64,000 nt of DNA from a bacterium. Lineage in GTDB: Bacteria > UBA8248 > JACPRG01 > G963555815. Every line of letters starts with the position of its first letter. The first letter of the stretch is position 1. Under the pieces are notes generated by a model. The model did not search any database, was not told the origin of the DNA, and saw only the letters and a list, made by a program, of their open reading frames with translations. The translations under genes were made by a program, and so were the position numbers. The stretch lies in contig CBDHDG010000005.1 of the NCBI GenBank assembly GCA_965261595.1, positions 384,001 to 448,000 of the forward strand. Direction: 5' to 3'. Shown here in pieces: positions 59,253-64,000 of the stretch.

Positions 59253-61574
59253 ATGGCAGACGCTTCAAGGGAGGAGGACCTCTCGATCGTCGGGCATAGC
59301 CCGCCCAAAGTGGACGGGAAAATTCTCCTCACCGGAGAGGCCCGGTATTCTTTCGACGTCCAGCTTCCCCGGATGCTTCACGGGAAGGTTCTGAGAAGTC
59401 CCCATCCCCACGCCCGCATCCTGAAGATCGACACCTCGAAGGCCGAGCGGCTGCCAGGGGTCAAGGCCGTGATCACGGCCGAGGACACCCCGAAAATCCC
59501 TTATCACTTCCTGGGCCCCCCTCACGAAGATAAATATCCCCTCGTCATCGACAGGGTCCGCTTTGTCGGGGACGAGGTGGCCGCGGTCGCGGCGGTGGAT
59601 GAAGACACGGCGGAAGAGGCGCTCTCCCTCATCGAGGTCGAGTATGAGCCTTTGCCCGCCGTCTTCGACCCCGCGGAGGCCGTCCAGCCGGGCGCCCCGC
59701 TGATTCACGCCGGGAAAGAAAAGAACATCGCCGCCCACGTTGTCCGGGAATCCGGCGACTGGGAGGAGGCGCTGCGGACGGCGCCCGTCGTCGTGGAGGG
59801 CCGGTTCACCACCCAGCCGGTGGCCCAGACCCCTCTGGAGACGCACGGGTGCGTGGCCCAGTATGACGCCTCGGGCCGCTATACGTTCTGGGCCTCTACG
59901 CAGGCCAGCGACCTCCTGCGGCGTGAGCTGGCGCACGCCCTCGGCGTCCCGCTCGGCCGGGTCCGGGTTGTCGAGGTCTTCATCGGCGGCGGATTCGGCG
60001 GCAAGTCGAAAGTGGGCGCCAGCGAGGCCCTGGCGGGCTTGCTCGCCAAGAAGAGCGGCCGGCCGGTTCGGCTCTTCCTCACCCGGCAGGAGGAGTTCAC
60101 GACCTCCGGCCACCGGAGCGCGCTGAGCATCCACATGTGGACCGCGGCGAAAAAGGACGGGACCCTTCTGGCGCGCCGGGCGGAGTCCTACGTCGACAAC
60201 GGGGCCTATAACAATGTGACCCCCGCCACAACGGGCGTCGGGGGAAGCATCTGCGTCTCTCTCTACCGGGTCCCGGCCGTCCGGTACGACGGCTATGTCG
60301 TCTACACGAACAAAAGCTGGGCAAATGCCTTCCGGGGGTTCGGCGGGCCCCAGCTTGTCTTCGCCGTCGAGTCCCAGATGGACCAGCTCGCCGAGGAGCT
60401 CGGGATGGACCCCCTCGCCCTTCGCGTGAAGAACTCCAACCAGCCGGGCGATGTGACGCCGGTCGGTTGGAAGATCGGCACGTGCGGGTTGCAGGAGTGC
60501 ATCGAGAAGGCGGCGGCCGAGATCGATCTGGGATGGAAGAAAACGAAGCGCCCCGAGACCGGCGCCGTCAAGCGCGGGAGGGGCCTGGCGGCGATGATCT
60601 ATACGGTGGGGGCCCGCGCCTATTGGGACGCCGACTGCGCCGGGGCATTTCTGAAGATTCACGACGACGGCTCCGCGAGCGTCATCACCGGAACGGTGGA
60701 TTGCGGCCAAGGGGCGAGGACCGTTCTGACGCAGATCGCGGCCGAGACCCTCGGGATGAAACTCGACGACGTTCGGATCTACACCATGGACACCGAGGGC
60801 GCCCCCATGGACAGCCGCGGGGCCAGCGCGTCGAGCGTGACGTTCATCTCGGGCAACGCCGTCTACTACGCCGCCCGCCAGGCTCGGGAGAGGCTCCTCA
60901 AAGTCGCGGCGGAGAAGCTCGAGGCTGACCCGGAAGACCTGGATACCCGGGAAAGCCGGGTCTTCGTGCGTTCGACACCCGAGCGGTCCATGACGCTGGG
61001 GGAGGTCGCGGAGATGTCCACGTACCGGCAGGGCGGCGAGGCCATCCTGGAGTCGGCCCACTATGACACGCCCACCGAGTTCATCGATCACATGACGGGC
61101 ACCGGAAACATCTCGCCCTGCTACTCGTTCGCGGCGCACGCCGCCGAGGTGGAGGTGGATACGGAAACCGGCCGAGTGAGGGTCGTGCGCGTCGCGGCCG
61201 CCCACGACGTGGGCCGGGCCATCAACCCCATGCTTCTGGAGGCCCAGATTCACGGCGGTCTCTCCCAGGGCCTCGGTTACGCCATCGCCGAGAACCTGTC
61301 GATTGAAGACGGACAGTTCGTGAACGGCAACCTGGCGGATTACAAGATTCTCACCTCCAAGGACATGCCGGAGATCATCCCCATCATCGTAGAGACGAGC
61401 GAGCCGGAGGGTCCCTACAACGCGAAGGGAATCGGGGAGCCCGTCCTCGTCCCGACCGCGCCGGCCGTCGCCAATGCGGTCTACGATGCCGTCGGGGTGC
61501 GGATCCACGACCTGCCGATCACCCCCGCCCGGGTCTTCGAAGCCCTCAAGCGGGCGAAAGAGAACACGTCATGA
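59253..61574 (+). CDS. Xanthine dehydrogenase family molybdopterin-binding large subunit
   Basis: RSPHPHARI, GGGFGGK, AFRGFG, QIHGG, KGIGE. Confidence 0.93.
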   Translation: MADASREEDLSIVGHSPPKVDGKILLTGEARYSFDVQLPRMLHGKVLRSPHPHARILKIDTSKAERLPGVKAVITAEDTPKIPYHFLGPPHEDKYPLVIDRVRFVGDEVAAVAAVDEDTAEEALSLIEVEYEPLPAVFDPAEAVQPGAPLIHAGKEKNIAAHVVRESGDWEEALRTAPVVVEGRFTTQPVAQTPLETHGCVAQYDASGRYTFWASTQASDLLRRELAHALGVPLGRVRVVEVFIGGGFGGKSKVGASEALAGLLAKKSGRPVRLFLTRQEEFTTSGHRSALSIHMWTAAKKDGTLLARRAESYVDNGAYNNVTPATTGVGGSICVSLYRVPAVRYDGYVVYTNKSWANAFRGFGGPQLVFAVESQMDQLAEELGMDPLALRVKNSNQPGDVTPVGWKIGTCGLQECIEKAAAEIDLGWKKTKRPETGAVKRGRGLAAMIYTVGARAYWDADCAGAFLKIHDDGSASVITGTVDCGQGARTVLTQIAAETLGMKLDDVRIYTMDTEGAPMDSRGASASSVTFISGNAVYYAARQARERLLKVAAEKLEADPEDLDTRESRVFVRSTPERSMTLGEVAEMSTYRQGGEAILESAHYDTPTEFIDHMTGTGNISPCYSFAAHAAEVEVDTETGRVRVVRVAAAHDVGRAINPMLLEAQIHGGLSQGLGYAIAENLSIEDGQFVNGNLADYKILTSKDMPEIIPIIVETSEPEGPYNAKGIGEPVLVPTAPAVANAVYDAVGVRIHDLPITPARVFEALKRAKENTS

Positions 61575-62446
61575 AGCCCTTCGAGGTCATCGCGCCCGAT
61601 ACGGTCGAGGAGGCCGTCGAGGCGCTGGGGCACTACGGCGAATCCGCCCGGGTCATCGCCGGCGGGACGGCCCTGGCCTTGCTGATGCGCCAGGGCCTCT
61701 ACCGGCCCAAGGCCCTCGTCAACCTGAACGGGGTTCAGGGGTTTCGCGGGATTCGGGGAGATGCGGACGGCGGGGTCTTCATCGGTCCGCTGACCCCGCA
61801 CCGGGAGATCGAGCGGGACCCACTCCTGGCCGAACGGTTCCCCGCGCTGGCCGGGATGGCCCGCCATGTGGCCAATCCCCAGGTGAGGAACGTGGGGACG
61901 ATCGGCGGCAACCTCTGCCATGCCGACCCCGCTTCGGACCCGCCCACGGCCCTCATCGCGGCGGGCGCGGAGATCGCCGTCCTGGGTCCGGCGGGAGCGC
62001 GCTGCCTTGCGGCCGAGGACTTGTTCCGGGGATATTACGAGACATGCCTCGGCCCGGACGAGGTGTTGACGGGGATTCGGCTCCCCGCGCCCGAGCCGCG
62101 CTCGGGGATGGCGTACTTGCGGTACACGACGACGACCGAGGAAGACCGGCCCTTTGTCTGTGTGTGCGTCCGGCTGAAGGTGGGCGAGGGCGGGAGGCGG
62201 TGCGAAGACGCGCGGGTCGCCGTCGGCGCGGCGGGGCCGGCGCCCGTCCGGGCGATCGGCGCTGAGGAGGCGCTCCGGGGCGAGGACCTCTCCGAGGAGC
62301 TTTTGGCCGCCGCCGCCGAGCGCGCGATCGAGGGGATCGACCCCATCGGTGACGTCCGGGGCCCGGCGTCCTACCGGCTCGAGATGGTCAAGGTGTTCTT
62401 CCGCCGGGCCGCAAGCGCGGCCTGGACATCGGCGAAGGAGGCGTAG
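61571..62446 (+). CDS. Xanthine dehydrogenase family FAD-binding medium subunit (CoxM-like)
   Basis: [33 protein letters not shown]; no HcrB-type 4Fe-4S insertion. Confidence 0.92.
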   Translation: MKPFEVIAPDTVEEAVEALGHYGESARVIAGGTALALLMRQGLYRPKALVNLNGVQGFRGIRGDADGGVFIGPLTPHREIERDPLLAERFPALAGMARHVANPQVRNVGTIGGNLCHADPASDPPTALIAAGAEIAVLGPAGARCLAAEDLFRGYYETCLGPDEVLTGIRLPAPEPRSGMAYLRYTTTTEEDRPFVCVCVRLKVGEGGRRCEDARVAVGAAGPAPVRAIGAEEALRGEDLSEELLAAAAERAIEGIDPIGDVRGPASYRLEMVKVFFRRAASAAWTSAKEA

Positions 62447-62931
62447 TGGAGGGGAAAGTCGATCACACGATCCGGTTGACGGTCAACGGCGAAGCCGTCG
62501 AGGAGACGGTCAAGTCCTCCGAGCTGCTGGTCGAGGTCATCCGGCGCCGTCTCGAGCTGACCGGAACCAAGCGGGGCTGCGAGAGCGGCGTCTGCGGGGT
62601 CTGCACGGTTGTTTGCGACGGCGCCGCCGTCAAGTCCTGTCTCCGGTTCGCGTTTCTGGTGGACGGCGCGGAGATCTTGACCGTGGAGGGGCTGGCCGAG
62701 GGAGAGGACCTTCACCCGATCCAGCAGGCGTTTTTGGAGAAGACGGGCATGCAGTGCGGCTTCTGTACGCCCGGCATGCTGATGACCGCCGTGGCCTTCC
62801 TGGCCGAGAACCCCGACCCCACGGAGGAGGAGATCCGCGACGCCCTCGTGGGGAACCTCTGCCGCTGCACCGGTTACGTCAACATCATCGCCTCGGTCCA
62901 TGCGGCCGCCGAGGCGCTTCGGTCGGGATAA
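62446..62931 (+). CDS. Xanthine dehydrogenase family (2Fe-2S) small subunit (CoxS-like)
   Basis: [30 protein letters not shown]. Confidence 0.94.
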   Translation: MEGKVDHTIRLTVNGEAVEETVKSSELLVEVIRRRLELTGTKRGCESGVCGVCTVVCDGAAVKSCLRFAFLVDGAEILTVEGLAEGEDLHPIQQAFLEKTGMQCGFCTPGMLMTAVAFLAENPDPTEEEIRDALVGNLCRCTGYVNIIASVHAAAEALRSG

Positions 62932-63574
62932 GGGCCTGGGGGGGGCCACACGTCTTCCAACCCGAAATTCTCACACGTATCGCGGGCGGTTATTACATTT
63001 CAACAAACTCGGAAAATGCCGGGTCTCCCCCGATAGGGCTCATGTTTCAGGGGGTGCGCCACGGAGAGCGCGTCCGCCCGGGCCTCCGCTGAATTCAGGA
63101 AATCATCTAAGGCGGCGCTGGCGGGCAAGCCGCCGGCGCCGCCCCTTGTTTGAGATTTTACGGGCCGGGGCCTGTCCCGATCTGGGTCGAAGGGATCGGC
63201 ATAAAAGGGGGGGAGAGATCTTCGGGAATATTTCTCGTCCAGTTGTCGTTATCTTATAAATGGTCAGTTAATCATGCTCTGACCGCCGCATTTCAATGGT
63301 TGGTTCATCTGGACGGGACGATCGTCTGGTGACCGACGCAAACCGGTCTTGTATTCGACAGGAGGGTTTCATGACTCACGAACCGGTAAGAACCCCTTGG
63401 GGGGTCCGGCGCGGGATTGCCGCGGTAATCCTCGTGATTATGCCCTTGACGCAGTGATACACTATATGTAGATCCCTCCCTTACATCGGCTGACCACAAG
63501 ATATAGGGGCGTTGACAATCCAGCCTTTTCCGACATAAACTTAACTTTCCTTGCCTAACAACAAATCGGACCAC

Positions 63575-64000
63575 ATGAGACCACATTCTACAGAATCGAG
63601 TCAGCGTACACGAACCCTTTATTATGGCGACAATTTGCCTGTCTTGAAAGACATGCCGGATGACTCCGTTGACCTGATCTATCTGGACCCGCCATTCAAT
63701 TCAAAAAAATCGTACAACATAATCTACCCTGACGATCTCGGACAGGTTCAGGCTTTCGAAGATACTTGGATATGGACGCCAGAATGCGACTCCTTGCTGG
63801 ATGAATTGGGAAGGGACGCTGATCTGTTCGGTCATCGTCGCGCTGTTCATCTTTTGGATAGCTTGGTTGAAGGTTTGGGCAAGACTAAGCAAATGTCCGC
63901 CTATCTCGTAAATATGTCGGCTAGGCTCATTGAAATGTATCGGCTGCTCAAACCCACTGGTTCGATCTATCTTCATTGCGACCCTACCGCTTCTCATTAT
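63575..64000 (+). CDS. Site-specific N6-A/N4-C DNA methyltransferase, partial (runs off the window)
   Basis: Translated manually: LYYGDNL..LKDMPDDSVDLIYLDPPFNS, AFEDTW, MYRLLKPTGSIYLHCDPTASHY; AT-richer DNA. Confidence 0.9.
   Translation, partial: MRPHSTESSQRTRTLYYGDNLPVLKDMPDDSVDLIYLDPPFNSKKSYNIIYPDDLGQVQAFEDTWIWTPECDSLLDELGRDADLFGHRRAVHLLDSLVEGLGKTKQMSAYLVNMSARLIEMYRLLKPTGSIYLHCDPTASHY

Noticed and set aside
6295..61508. Long antisense ORFs (e.g. 6295-8472, 15987-18350, 18390-20831, 59265-61508)
   Set aside because: Shadow frames of real genes in high-GC DNA with no motifs of their own; only the 3' part of ORF 51807-54842 (from 53940) is a real gene.
59253..62931. Aerobic CO dehydrogenase or 4-hydroxybenzoyl-CoA reductase
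   Set aside because: No AYxCSFR motif in the large subunit and no 4Fe-4S insertion in the FAD subunit.

Overview
High-GC bacterial chromosome segment, probably from a metagenome or long-read assembly because several genes carry homopolymer frameshifts. It is dominated by paralogous catabolic enzymes: four xanthine-dehydrogenase-family Mo subunits (only one with FAD and Fe-S partners), three UbiD decarboxylases, two demethylase-type Rieske oxygenases, two Rieske ferredoxins, a benzoate-CoA ligase module, a ComDE-like TPP decarboxylase, hydantoinase, LLM oxidoreductase, SDRs, an OYE and a cyclase. It also holds solute-binding proteins, two ArnT-like glycosyltransferases and an orphan egtD. The strongest hidden signal is an OsmC-family gene (54978-55496, minus) with an in-frame UGA at the catalytic Cys position followed by a SECIS-like hairpin, i.e. 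a probable selenoprotein. Other notable items: a dispersed two-hairpin element with compensatory base changes, a ~2.1 kb island with REP-like stuttered ends that truncates a caspase-domain gene, and an EgtD with Thr at the Met252 specificity position. No rRNA, tRNA, CRISPR array or transposase was recognised. All calls come from reading motifs by eye; no searches were run.
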